A DNA stretch of 64,000 bases from an uncultured Pseudomonadales bacterium (GTDB lineage: Bacteria > Patescibacteriota > Microgenomatia > UBA1400 > CAYXSR01): contig CAYSEI010000001.1 in the NCBI GenBank assembly GCA_964430265.1, positions 254,987 through 318,986 of the forward strand. The letters run 5' to 3'. The translations under genes were made by a program, and so were the position numbers. Below, one piece after another: positions 26,579-35,781 of this stretch. Within the stretch, counting starts at the first letter, position 1; every line of letters begins with the position of its first letter. The notes beneath the pieces are model-generated. The model ran no database searches. It was not told the origin of the DNA and worked only from the letters and a program-made list of their open reading frames with translations.

Positions 26579-27418
26579 TTAAATAAATTCTTGAATCAAA
26601 TGATTTATATTTATGTTTTGGATATCATGGTCAATCAGCTTTTTATCATTTAATTGTTTTAGCTTTTCCGGGTAGCTTTGTCTTTCTTCTTTATAAAATA
26701 TTCCGATAGGTAGTTTTTCCGGCTGTTCTTTTGCTAAAGCTAAAGCTTTTTTATAAGGATATCCTTCTTGTTCAAGCTCATATACTCTTTCTTGGTACCA
26801 ATTTATTGGCTGTTCCCTATTAAAAGTAATACAAGGTTGTAGTACGTCAACCAAAGCAAAGCCTTTGTGTGTCATTGCTTTGACAAGTAAATCAGTTAAG
26901 TGATTAATGTTATTTGCAAAACCGCGGGAAACAAAAGAACAGTGATTAACTATTGCATTTTCCAAAGGATTAAATTCCTTTATCAATGCACCTTCAGGTG
27001 TTGATTTTGTTTTTCTGTTTTTGTAAGTAGTGGGAGACATTTGTCCTGTTGTTAAAGAATAAAGTTGGTTATTGGTTACAAGCATAGTTAAGTTGTAATT
27101 TGCTCGGCAAGCGCTGATGAAATGATTAAGTCCTTCGCCATATGCTCCTCCGTCACCAATAATTGCCAGTATTGGAATTTCATGGTTAGCTAAAGATGCT
27201 CCTGCCGCTGGAGGAACTCCTCTACCGTGTAATCCATGAAATGCATAAGTTTTCATAAAATCGGCCCAATTTGAAGAACAACCAACATCATAAAAGGCTG
27301 CTATTTGATCGGGTGCTAACTGCATTTTTTCAAAAGCTTTTTTAAGTGCACCCATAATTGCAAAGTTTCCGCATCCGGGACACCAAGTTGGTTTTATTTT
27401 AGTATCAAATTGATTCAT
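26579..27418 (-). CDS. 2-oxoacid:ferredoxin oxidoreductase beta subunit
   Basis: WCPGCGN, GCS, HGLHGR, GDGG, YSLTTGQMSPT, QPCITFN. Confidence 0.95.
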   Translation of the reverse strand: MNQFDTKIKPTWCPGCGNFAIMGALKKAFEKMQLAPDQIAAFYDVGCSSNWADFMKTYAFHGLHGRGVPPAAGASLANHEIPILAIIGDGGAYGEGLNHFISACRANYNLTMLVTNNQLYSLTTGQMSPTTYKNRKTKSTPEGALIKEFNPLENAIVNHCSFVSRGFANNINHLTDLLVKAMTHKGFALVDVLQPCITFNREQPINWYQERVYELEQEGYPYKKALALAKEQPEKLPIGIFYKEERQSYPEKLKQLNDKKLIDHDIQNININHLIQEFI

Positions 27419-29124
27419 TTTAATTTTTCAATAATTTCGTAAGGATAAAAGGGTCGGCCGTCGTATTTCAACGTTTTTTCAACATTTTCCCCGGTTTTTT
27501 CTCGGATAATGTCAGCCAGCTGTCCGTGAGAATTTCCTTCTATGCAAATACATTTATCAAGTTTGTTAATATATTCTTTTACTTGTTTTGCAGGAAAAGG
27601 CCATAACCAATTCATATGTAAAAAGCTCACTTCCGGAAGCTCTTTTAAAGCTTCAAGAATTGCACCTTTATTTGATCCCCAAGAGATTATGCCAATTCTT
27701 GATTCGGGATTGCCAAATATCTGTTGCTTAGGGATTTCCCTCTTAATATTTTGCATTTTTTTATTTCTTTTATCCATCATTTTTATTCTTGTTTCACTGT
27801 CTTCAGTAGCATAACCTTCTTGATCATGATCATAGCTGTTTGCCAAGTGCTGGCAGCCATTCTGTCCCAAGAAAGGACGTGGAGAAATATTGTTTTCAGT
27901 AAACCTATAGCGCAGATAAGGTTGATTACATTCTTTTACAAATGAATACCTTTTGTTTTCAAAATTATCTTTAAATGGGTCACAACTGTAATCTGACTCA
28001 GAAATGTTTTTGTCCAATAATATTATTACTGGAATTTGATATTTTTCTGCTAATTCAAAAGATTGTCTAGTTTGTTCAAAAGTTTCTGTGGCATCACCCG
28101 GGGCTAAAATTACACGCGGAAATTCATCCTGTGAGGCATGAATAACAAATCGCAAATCACCCTGCCCGCTCCAGGTCGGAAGTCCGCTTGCCGGTCCGGT
28201 ACGCATGGATTCAATAATTACCAAAGGAGTCTCAGAAATTCCTGCCAACCCAAGTCCTTCAGTCATTAAACAAAAACCTCCTCCGGAAGTAGCGGTCATT
28301 GCTCTTACTCCAGCAAAAGAAGCACCGATTGCCATATTTATTGCTGCAATTTCGTCTTCCGGCTGTTTTACTATTATGTCTGTTTCTTCTGCTTTTGCGG
28401 CCAAGTAGTGTAAGATTGAAGTTGCAGGTGTCATTGGATATGCACAGTAAAATTTAAGCCCGGCACTAATTGCACCTAATGCTGCTGCTTCGTTTCCTGT
28501 AATTACCATGCGGTCTTTTTTTTCTTCTTCAGGTGTTTTTAATTGAATTTTTGCATCCGAAAAGTTATTACGGATGTATTCTCTACCCTTTTCAACTGCC
28601 TGATAATTGTTTTGAACAACTTCTTCCCCCTTGCTTATATACGCTTGTTTTAAAGTTTGTTTTAAAGAATCTAAATTATTAATACACAATAATTCAAACA
28701 GTGCACCTAAAGCTACAGAATTTGCCATAATTGCGCTGCCTGCTTCATTTGCCAATTCAATAAGAGGAACGCCAATTTTTTTTCCTTTAATATTATTTAG
28801 TTCAAATGATGAACTGCAGTATATAACAAGTGAATTTTGAGTTAGTTCATTTTCGTGCAATTGGTAGCTTTTTTCATCAAAAACAAGAAGAATATCTAAA
28901 TCTTTTTTTTGTGAATGTACTTGCTCATTTACAGCAGCAAGTGTTTGGTATGTAGTATGTCCGCCTCTAATTAAGGAAGGATATTCTCTGTAGGAAAAAG
29001 TTGAAAACCCCAAACGCGTTAATGATTTAGAAAGGATCTGTCCTGTAGATTTTACGCCTGCACCCGCAGCTCCGGCAATCTTAATGTTTATTTTATGTTT
29101 GTTAATATTTGTATTGTCCATCAT
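27415..29124 (-). CDS. 2-oxoacid:ferredoxin oxidoreductase alpha subunit (gamma-alpha fusion)
   Basis: G.AG.GV, EYPSLIRGG, TGNEA, YPMTPAT, EDEIAA, TATSGGG, KYDGRPF; start 29124 or 29121. Confidence 0.95.
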   Translation of the reverse strand: MMDNTNINKHKINIKIAGAAGAGVKSTGQILSKSLTRLGFSTFSYREYPSLIRGGHTTYQTLAAVNEQVHSQKKDLDILLVFDEKSYQLHENELTQNSLVIYCSSSFELNNIKGKKIGVPLIELANEAGSAIMANSVALGALFELLCINNLDSLKQTLKQAYISKGEEVVQNNYQAVEKGREYIRNNFSDAKIQLKTPEEEKKDRMVITGNEAAALGAISAGLKFYCAYPMTPATSILHYLAAKAEETDIIVKQPEDEIAAINMAIGASFAGVRAMTATSGGGFCLMTEGLGLAGISETPLVIIESMRTGPASGLPTWSGQGDLRFVIHASQDEFPRVILAPGDATETFEQTRQSFELAEKYQIPVIILLDKNISESDYSCDPFKDNFENKRYSFVKECNQPYLRYRFTENNISPRPFLGQNGCQHLANSYDHDQEGYATEDSETRIKMMDKRNKKMQNIKREIPKQQIFGNPESRIGIISWGSNKGAILEALKELPEVSFLHMNWLWPFPAKQVKEYINKLDKCICIEGNSHGQLADIIREKTGENVEKTLKYDGRPFYPYEIIEKLK

Positions 29125-29140
29125 GGTACAATAGCATTGT

Positions 29141-29833
29141 ATGAGAACTCTGTACATAGTGTCAACCCCAATCGGAAATAGAAAAGATATTACTTTAAGA
29201 GCAATTGAAGTTCTCAAGAAAGTGGATATTATTTTGGCGGAAGACACAATGAAAACAAGTAATCTTTTACAAACTTATCCGGAAACTTCAAATTTAAACA
29301 AAAAAATTATTCCGTATCATAAACAAAACAGGGTAAATAAACTTCCTGAAGTAATTGCATACTTAAAAAATGGCAAACAAATTGCTTTAGTTTCTAATGC
29401 AGGAACACCGCTTGTTGCCGATCCGGGCTATAAGCTGGTTAAAGAATGTTTAAGGTTAGGAATAAAAGTAGTTTCAGTTCCGGGGCCTTCAGCTTTTTTA
29501 ACTGCTTTAGTTTCATCTGGTTTGCCGACTAACGAGTTTTTATTTATCGGCTTTTTATCAAAAAAAAATAAACAAATAAAAGACAAGTTTAAGGAAATTA
29601 AAAATAACACATATTTGTCAGGTAAAACAATTATTTTTTATGAAACACCGCATCGCTTGGTTAAAACCCTAAGTATTGTAAAACAAATATATGGAGATAT
29701 TGAAATTGTTTTGGGAAGGGAATTGACCAAAAAATTTGAAGAGGTTGTAAAAAGGGAAATCTCATATTATTTAGATAAATATAAGACTGAAAATATAAAA
29801 GGAGAGTTTGTAGTTTTATTCAAACTACCTTAA
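29141..29833 (+). CDS. rsmI: 16S rRNA C1402 2'-O-methyltransferase RsmI
   Basis: LYIVSTPIGN..DIT.RA, AEDT, S.AGTP.V.DPG, PGPSA, RELTK.FEE, KGE. Confidence 0.95.
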   Translation: MRTLYIVSTPIGNRKDITLRAIEVLKKVDIILAEDTMKTSNLLQTYPETSNLNKKIIPYHKQNRVNKLPEVIAYLKNGKQIALVSNAGTPLVADPGYKLVKECLRLGIKVVSVPGPSAFLTALVSSGLPTNEFLFIGFLSKKNKQIKDKFKEIKNNTYLSGKTIIFYETPHRLVKTLSIVKQIYGDIEIVLGRELTKKFEEVVKREISYYLDKYKTENIKGEFVVLFKLP

Positions 29834-29864
29834 CAAATCCCTTAATATCTATAACAAACAAACT

Positions 29865-31916
29865 TTAAGATAAAATACCTCTAAAGTCGACTGCGTAAAT
29901 ATTATTCTCCGTAATCAACAAAGGATTAATCTCAAAACTTTCAACATTGGGAAAATCAGATGCCATAAAAGAAAATCTGTACAAAAGATCTATAATCTTT
30001 TGGGTTGGTCTTTTCTGATTACGGTATCCGTCCTTAATCAGTTCATAAAACGGTGCAGCTTTAATTATTTTCTCAATATCCTTTTTTGTAGATGGTGCAG
30101 GAAAAATAATCTTTTCTTTTAAGACTTCAGTGTATATTCCTCCTAAGCCGCAGATTACCACTTTCCCAAATTCGGGGTCTGTTTTTGAGCCAATAATCAG
30201 TTCTAATTCTGCTTTAATCATTTCTTGTAATAAAAGCGGTTTATTATATACTAGTTTATTAAAAGCTTTTTTTACTTCCGCTTCCTTTTTCAAACCCACA
30301 AAGACCTCTTTTTTATCGGTTTTGTGTAGACTGTTGGTTTTTAAAACAAGTGGATAATTAAACTCTGCAATACAACTGTTTAGTTCCTCTTCAGAATTTA
30401 GGATTTTTTGTTTGGGAAGGTTAAGCTTGTACATTTCTGCCAACTTTACAAGGTTTTGGGCAGAGATAATTTTATTGTTTCCCCATTCTTGGAAAAGATT
30501 TTTAATTTTATTTTCCTCGATTGGAAATTCCCTTTTGGGCTTGAGGATAAATTTTTTATCTTTAATTTTGTTGTGTTGTAAAAGCATGGAAAAATTAGTT
30601 ACTGCATCCTCAGGATACTCAATTACTATTACTGGAGAATCTTTAAGAATTTCTGCTGCTTTATCCTTTTTCTTACCCCCCATAAGACATACATGAATTG
30701 GTTTATGGCTGTTAAAAGCAAGTTTTTTAATTTGTCTGGCAGTTTCTTCCATATTTGTCATTGCCTGGGGAGTGACGATTATTAGAATTGCGTCTTCAAT
30801 TGGATCCTTCATAACTGTTTCCATTACTTGGGCAAACAGTTTCGGTTCCGCGTCTCCGGCAATGTCTAAAGGATTTTTAATCGTAGCATAATCTGGCAGT
30901 ATTTTTTTCAAGTTACTCTTTGTTTTTTCAGAAAAAGGTGTGAGTTCAATAGGTTCATTTTTCATGTAGTCGGCGGTAATTACACCAGCGCCGCCGGCAT
31001 TGGTTACTACTACCATGTTTTTGTCAGATAGTTCTATTTTAGAGAAGCAATAAACAAAATTGTAAAAATCCTGCATTTTTTCTGTAATCACAATGCCATT
31101 ATGGTTTAAAAGCTCTTTTGCGGTTTCAAATGAACCAGTCATTTTACCGGTGTGGGACTGGGCAGTTTGTTTACCTTTTTCAGTTCTGCCGCCTTTTAAA
31201 AGAATTATTGGTTTTTTAGTTTTTGTTTTATTGGCAATTTCTAGAAATCTTTTACCGTCAGCAAAATTTTCCAAATAAAGAGCAATTACCTGGGTTTGCT
31301 TTCTGTTTTCAAGGTATTCAATAACATGGTTTTCATTTAAATTAAGTTTATTGCCAAGGCTGATAGCCATGTCTATTCCCAAGTTTTTATCGTATGCCCA
31401 ATCCAAAAGAACGCTAATCAATGCGCCGGACTGTGAGACAAAGGAGATATTTCCTTTTAATGTTTCAATATTTGTAAAGCTTGTATTCAAGCCTTTGTTT
31501 GTATTTAAATATCCCAAGGTATTTGGTCCCAAAAGAGTCAGATTGTTTTCTTTTATAATTTCATTGATTTTGTTTTCAATTTTTTCTCCCTCTTTGCCTA
31601 ATTCGGAAAAGCCTGATGAATAAAGAATGTAATTTTTAATGCCGGCCTTTACTCCGTCTAGTAATATTTTAGGTGCAATTTTGGCAGGAAGCGAAATAGC
31701 AGCCAGATTAACTTTTTCTGGTAATTCTTGCAATGAAGCATAACATTTTTTATTTGCAATTTTTTCTGCTTTTGGATTGACCGGATAAACTTCACCTTGA
31801 AAGTTTTTAAGAATATTTTCAAATATTATTCTTCCTACTTTATTTTTTTCCCTTGAAACTCCGACTACTGCAATACTTTGGGGTGAAAAAAAAGTGTTTA
31901 AACTATTATTTGACAT
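29865..31916 (-). CDS. ADP-forming acetate/acyl-CoA ligase (alpha-beta fusion)
   Basis: P.SIAVVG.S, YPVNPK, GPN.LG, SQSGA, SHTG, TNAGG.G, NPLD, HKTD, EINPL. Confidence 0.92.
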   Translation of the reverse strand: MSNNSLNTFFSPQSIAVVGVSREKNKVGRIIFENILKNFQGEVYPVNPKAEKIANKKCYASLQELPEKVNLAAISLPAKIAPKILLDGVKAGIKNYILYSSGFSELGKEGEKIENKINEIIKENNLTLLGPNTLGYLNTNKGLNTSFTNIETLKGNISFVSQSGALISVLLDWAYDKNLGIDMAISLGNKLNLNENHVIEYLENRKQTQVIALYLENFADGKRFLEIANKTKTKKPIILLKGGRTEKGKQTAQSHTGKMTGSFETAKELLNHNGIVITEKMQDFYNFVYCFSKIELSDKNMVVVTNAGGAGVITADYMKNEPIELTPFSEKTKSNLKKILPDYATIKNPLDIAGDAEPKLFAQVMETVMKDPIEDAILIIVTPQAMTNMEETARQIKKLAFNSHKPIHVCLMGGKKKDKAAEILKDSPVIVIEYPEDAVTNFSMLLQHNKIKDKKFILKPKREFPIEENKIKNLFQEWGNNKIISAQNLVKLAEMYKLNLPKQKILNSEEELNSCIAEFNYPLVLKTNSLHKTDKKEVFVGLKKEAEVKKAFNKLVYNKPLLLQEMIKAELELIIGSKTDPEFGKVVICGLGGIYTEVLKEKIIFPAPSTKKDIEKIIKAAPFYELIKDGYRNQKRPTQKIIDLLYRFSFMASDFPNVESFEINPLLITENNIYAVDFRGILS

Positions 31917-32835
31917 GCAAAAGTCCTTTCTGAGTTGAAATATGTGAAATAACAGAAGAAGAATTTTTAGCAGCAAATTGTAAAGCTTTCGGGATGCTGT
32001 TAGTTCTAATATATTCACCTAAGAATCCTGCACCAAAAGCATCTCCGGCTCCAGTTGTATCGGCTACTTCATCGACTTTAACAATCGGCTGATGATAAAT
32101 TTTGTCTTGAGTATATGCCCAGCTGCCATTAATATCATATGTGACCACTAGCATTTTTAATCCTAGTTTCTTTGCATAGTTAGTTTTTTCCAGATCTAAA
32201 TCGGGAGCATCGCCTCCCCAGATGTCAGCTAATTCATGTGCATTAACAATAAAAATGTCTGCATATTCAAAGTATTCGTCTAAATAATCAATGCCCTTTT
32301 TATATTCATCGCCTGAAAGTGTAATTAATTGTTTAATTCCGTTTTTCTTCATTGTTTTAAGCCAGGATAATTTGTTTTCTTTGCTTGCCCGGGCAAGGTC
32401 GGCAAAATATAACCAAGAAACCTGATTAAAAACATTTTTTACCTTTTCATCTAAAATAAGATTGTCATTTTCTCCTCGATAAGTTATTATTGTTCTTTCG
32501 CGGTCTTTCCCCAAAAGAATAGCAGAGGTTGTTGTTCTATCAGAGTCTTTTTGTATTAATTGTAGGTCGACGTTTTCATTTTTTAAATTTTCCAGAATAT
32601 GTTTTCCTGCCCAGTCATTAGCAATTTTAGCCCAGCAATATGTTTCAAATCCCTGCCTTGAAAAAGAAACAGCAGTATTTGCCCCTCCACCTCCAAAGGC
32701 AAGATCAAATGAGTCAGCAACATATTTACCACCATAAGCTAGTGATAAACGCATACCATCATTTATTTCCGGGAAATTATTGGATTGAAAAAAAAGGTCA
32801 AGTGTAGCACTGCCAACAGTTAGTATTTTATTCAT
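31906..32835 (-). CDS. PfkB family carbohydrate kinase
   Basis: GSATLD, GGGGANTAV, N..E, DTTGAGDAFGAG. Confidence 0.93.
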   Translation of the reverse strand: MNKILTVGSATLDLFFQSNNFPEINDGMRLSLAYGGKYVADSFDLAFGGGGANTAVSFSRQGFETYCWAKIANDWAGKHILENLKNENVDLQLIQKDSDRTTTSAILLGKDRERTIITYRGENDNLILDEKVKNVFNQVSWLYFADLARASKENKLSWLKTMKKNGIKQLITLSGDEYKKGIDYLDEYFEYADIFIVNAHELADIWGGDAPDLDLEKTNYAKKLGLKMLVVTYDINGSWAYTQDKIYHQPIVKVDEVADTTGAGDAFGAGFLGEYIRTNSIPKALQFAAKNSSSVISHISTQKGLLHVK

Positions 32836-32876
32836 TTTATTTATTATAATTTAGTAATGTATATCAACGGGTCAAG

Positions 32877-34508
32877 TCAGAAAAGGCTTTTTCCTGAAAT
32901 TGAACTTGGTTTTAGCACTTCTGCAACTTTAAGTATCGTGGGAATTATATCAGCAAGTATGCCGGTTTTTAAAGTAGAGTTTTTTAAATTTGGATTATTT
33001 GAGGCAATGATAAAGGGAACTTTATTGTTTGAGTGTTGTGTACTTGGTCCTCCTGTTTCAGGGTTTATCATTTCTTCAGCATTCCCGTGATCAGCAGTTA
33101 TAAAACAAACCCCATTTACATTTAAAACTTTGTCTACAACTTGTTTTAAACAGTTATCCACTGTTTCGCAAGCTTTAATTCCTGCTTGCAAATTTCCCGT
33201 ATGACCTACCATATCAGGGTTAGCAAAATTTACTACAATAAAGTCATATATGTCGTGTTCTATTCTTTTAACTAAAGTATCTGTAACCTGTTGTGCTGAC
33301 ATTTCCGGTTTTTCATCATAGGTTGAGACATCTTGGGGTGAAGGTATTTCCAAACGGTCTTCTCCATTTAATGGGTCATCCCTTTTTCCGTCAAAATAAT
33401 AAGTTACGTGTCTTTCTTTTTCAGTTTCTGCAATATGGAATTGACGCCAGCCTTTTTCCGAAATAAATCTGGCAAACGGCATATTAATTGAAGACGGTTT
33501 ATAAGCTACCAAAACAGGAAGTCCTGGTTCGTATTCAGTCATGGTTGTAAAAGTGATATCTTTTAATATTTTGTTTCTTTGAAAAGTGGTAATTTCTTTT
33601 CCCACATCTTCATATTGTTTTTTGCCGTATTTTTCTGCATAAGGGTCAAATGCTGGTTTTTTGATTTTAAGTGTTTCAAAATTATCAAGTACAAAAGCCT
33701 TTGTCAGTTCTCTGGGGCGGTCAATACGATAATTAAAAAAGATTACGGAATCCCCTTCGTTTATTGTAGCAACAGGTTGGTTATTTTTAGTGATAATAAT
33801 CGGTTTTAGGTGTTCATCGGTTATATCGTTTTCATAAGATTCTTGAATTGCTTTTGAATAATTATTAGTTTGATTGCCTTTTCCTTCGGTCAAGGCTTCA
33901 TAAGCTATTTTTATTCTTTTCCAACGGTGATCACGATCCATTGCATAATAACGACCCATAATTGTAGCAATTTCTCCAACATTATTTTCTGCAATTTTTT
34001 GTTCAACCTGATTTAAGTATTCTTGTGCAGATGTTGGAGGAGAATCCCTTCCGTCGGTGAATAAGTGTAGATATACGTTTTTTAAATTGTGGTCTGCAGC
34101 GAGCCTTAAAAGTGCAAAGATATGCTCAATACTTGAATGAACTCCCCCTGCTCCAAGAAGACCCATTAAATGTAGTGCAGAATTGTTTTTTTTGGCGTTA
34201 TGGATTGCACTTAAAAAAGCATCGTTTTTAAAGAAAGAGCCGTCAGCAATGGACATATTGATTCTGGGTAGACTTTGGTAAATTATTCTTCCTGCACCAA
34301 TATTCAGGTGGCCGGCTTCACTATTTCCCGGTTCTCCTTTAGGAAGTCCAACAGCAACTCCTGATGCTTTTAAAGTTGTATGCGGATATATATTCCAATA
34401 GCGGTCGATATTGGGTGTATTTGCTTGTGTTACTGCGTTTCCGGGATTATCAGGGGCAATACCCCACCCGTCCAAAATTATTAGAACTAAGGGTTTAGGC
34501 CGGTTCAT
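32877..34508 (-). CDS. gpmI: 2,3-bisphosphoglycerate-independent phosphoglycerate mutase
   Basis: ILDGWG, GNSEAGH, DGRD, GRYYAMDRD, AETEK, NPDMVGHTG, ADHGN. Confidence 0.96.
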   Translation of the reverse strand: MNRPKPLVLIILDGWGIAPDNPGNAVTQANTPNIDRYWNIYPHTTLKASGVAVGLPKGEPGNSEAGHLNIGAGRIIYQSLPRINMSIADGSFFKNDAFLSAIHNAKKNNSALHLMGLLGAGGVHSSIEHIFALLRLAADHNLKNVYLHLFTDGRDSPPTSAQEYLNQVEQKIAENNVGEIATIMGRYYAMDRDHRWKRIKIAYEALTEGKGNQTNNYSKAIQESYENDITDEHLKPIIITKNNQPVATINEGDSVIFFNYRIDRPRELTKAFVLDNFETLKIKKPAFDPYAEKYGKKQYEDVGKEITTFQRNKILKDITFTTMTEYEPGLPVLVAYKPSSINMPFARFISEKGWRQFHIAETEKERHVTYYFDGKRDDPLNGEDRLEIPSPQDVSTYDEKPEMSAQQVTDTLVKRIEHDIYDFIVVNFANPDMVGHTGNLQAGIKACETVDNCLKQVVDKVLNVNGVCFITADHGNAEEMINPETGGPSTQHSNNKVPFIIASNNPNLKNSTLKTGILADIIPTILKVAEVLKPSSISGKSLF

Positions 34509-35781
34509 TTTTCTTTTCTTCTGTTTCTTCACTATTAATATTATCGTTAATTTGTAAAAGCCTGTTGTATTTAATAATTCTTTCACCTCTTGCAGGTGCG
34601 CCAAACTTTGTATAGTCAGCACCGACACCTACTGCAAAATCGGCTATAAAATCATCAGTGGTTTCGCCTGAACGATGAGAAATTATTATTTGCCATCCGG
34701 CATCTCTGCTTGTTTGGATTACGCTTACAAGCTCAGTAATAGTACCAACTTCATTTGGTTTAACTAATATGGCATTACAAGCATCTTCCTTAATTGCTTT
34801 TTTAACTCTCTTGTGGTTGGTACATAATAGGTCATCACCCACAACCATGGTGTTTTTTTGTAGGTTTTTTGTTAAAATTTGCCAGCCTTTCCAATCGTCT
34901 TCTTGAAGAGGATCTTCTATTGAAAAAAGATGATACTTGTTGTTTATTTCCATATAATATTCAATTAGTTCTTCTCTTTCAACAGAATGTGATTTATCTT
35001 TTATATGATAAGTATTATTTTTGTAAAAATAACTAGCTGCAACATCCAAACCAAAGAAAAAGTCTGTAGCTAAGTGATAGTTAGTTTTCCTGATTGCTTC
35101 AATAAGTAGCTCCAAAGCATCAGTATTAGTATACAAGTTAGGTGCAAAACCGCCTTCGATTCCCACACTGTGGATTGCTCCTTTTTCTATTAAAGTTTTT
35201 TTGAGGGATTGGTAGATTTCCATTCCACATTGTAATGATTCAGGGTAACTTTTTCTTGTAGAAGGAATAACATGAAATTCCTGAAAGTCTAGGTTGCCGG
35301 CTCCGTGCTTTCCTCCATTAATTAAATTAAATATCGGAGTTGGTATTTTAGGTTTGTTAACCATTTGATATTTGGACAATAAGTAATCATAAATATCCAT
35401 ATTATACGATTCAGCAGAAGCTTCCAAAACTCCCTGTGATACTGAAAGGAGCGCATTTGCGCCTAAATTTCTTTTATCTTCTGTTCCATCAAGCTCTATT
35501 AGTATTTTATCAATATTTCCCTGATAAGCAGCGTCTTTACCTATTAATTCAGGTGTAATAGTTTTATTTACATTATCAACCGCTTTAAGCACTCCCATTC
35601 CATCAAAACGGGCAGGATCCTGGTCACGCAGTTCAACTGCTTCATGTTTTCCTTTAGATGATCCCGAAGGAATTGAAGCAATGCCTTTGCTTCCGTCTTC
35701 CAAAACTACTTCTGTTTCAATAGTGGGAATTCCTCTTGAATCAAGAATTTCGCGTGCTTTAATTTTACTAATTTTTGTCAT
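34495..35781 (-). CDS. eno: Enolase
   Basis: REILDSRG.PT, NGGKH, QEF, EGGFAP, VGDDL, SHRSGET. Confidence 0.97.
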   Translation of the reverse strand: MTKISKIKAREILDSRGIPTIETEVVLEDGSKGIASIPSGSSKGKHEAVELRDQDPARFDGMGVLKAVDNVNKTITPELIGKDAAYQGNIDKILIELDGTEDKRNLGANALLSVSQGVLEASAESYNMDIYDYLLSKYQMVNKPKIPTPIFNLINGGKHGAGNLDFQEFHVIPSTRKSYPESLQCGMEIYQSLKKTLIEKGAIHSVGIEGGFAPNLYTNTDALELLIEAIRKTNYHLATDFFFGLDVAASYFYKNNTYHIKDKSHSVEREELIEYYMEINNKYHLFSIEDPLQEDDWKGWQILTKNLQKNTMVVGDDLLCTNHKRVKKAIKEDACNAILVKPNEVGTITELVSVIQTSRDAGWQIIISHRSGETTDDFIADFAVGVGADYTKFGAPARGERIIKYNRLLQINDNINSEETEEKKNEPA

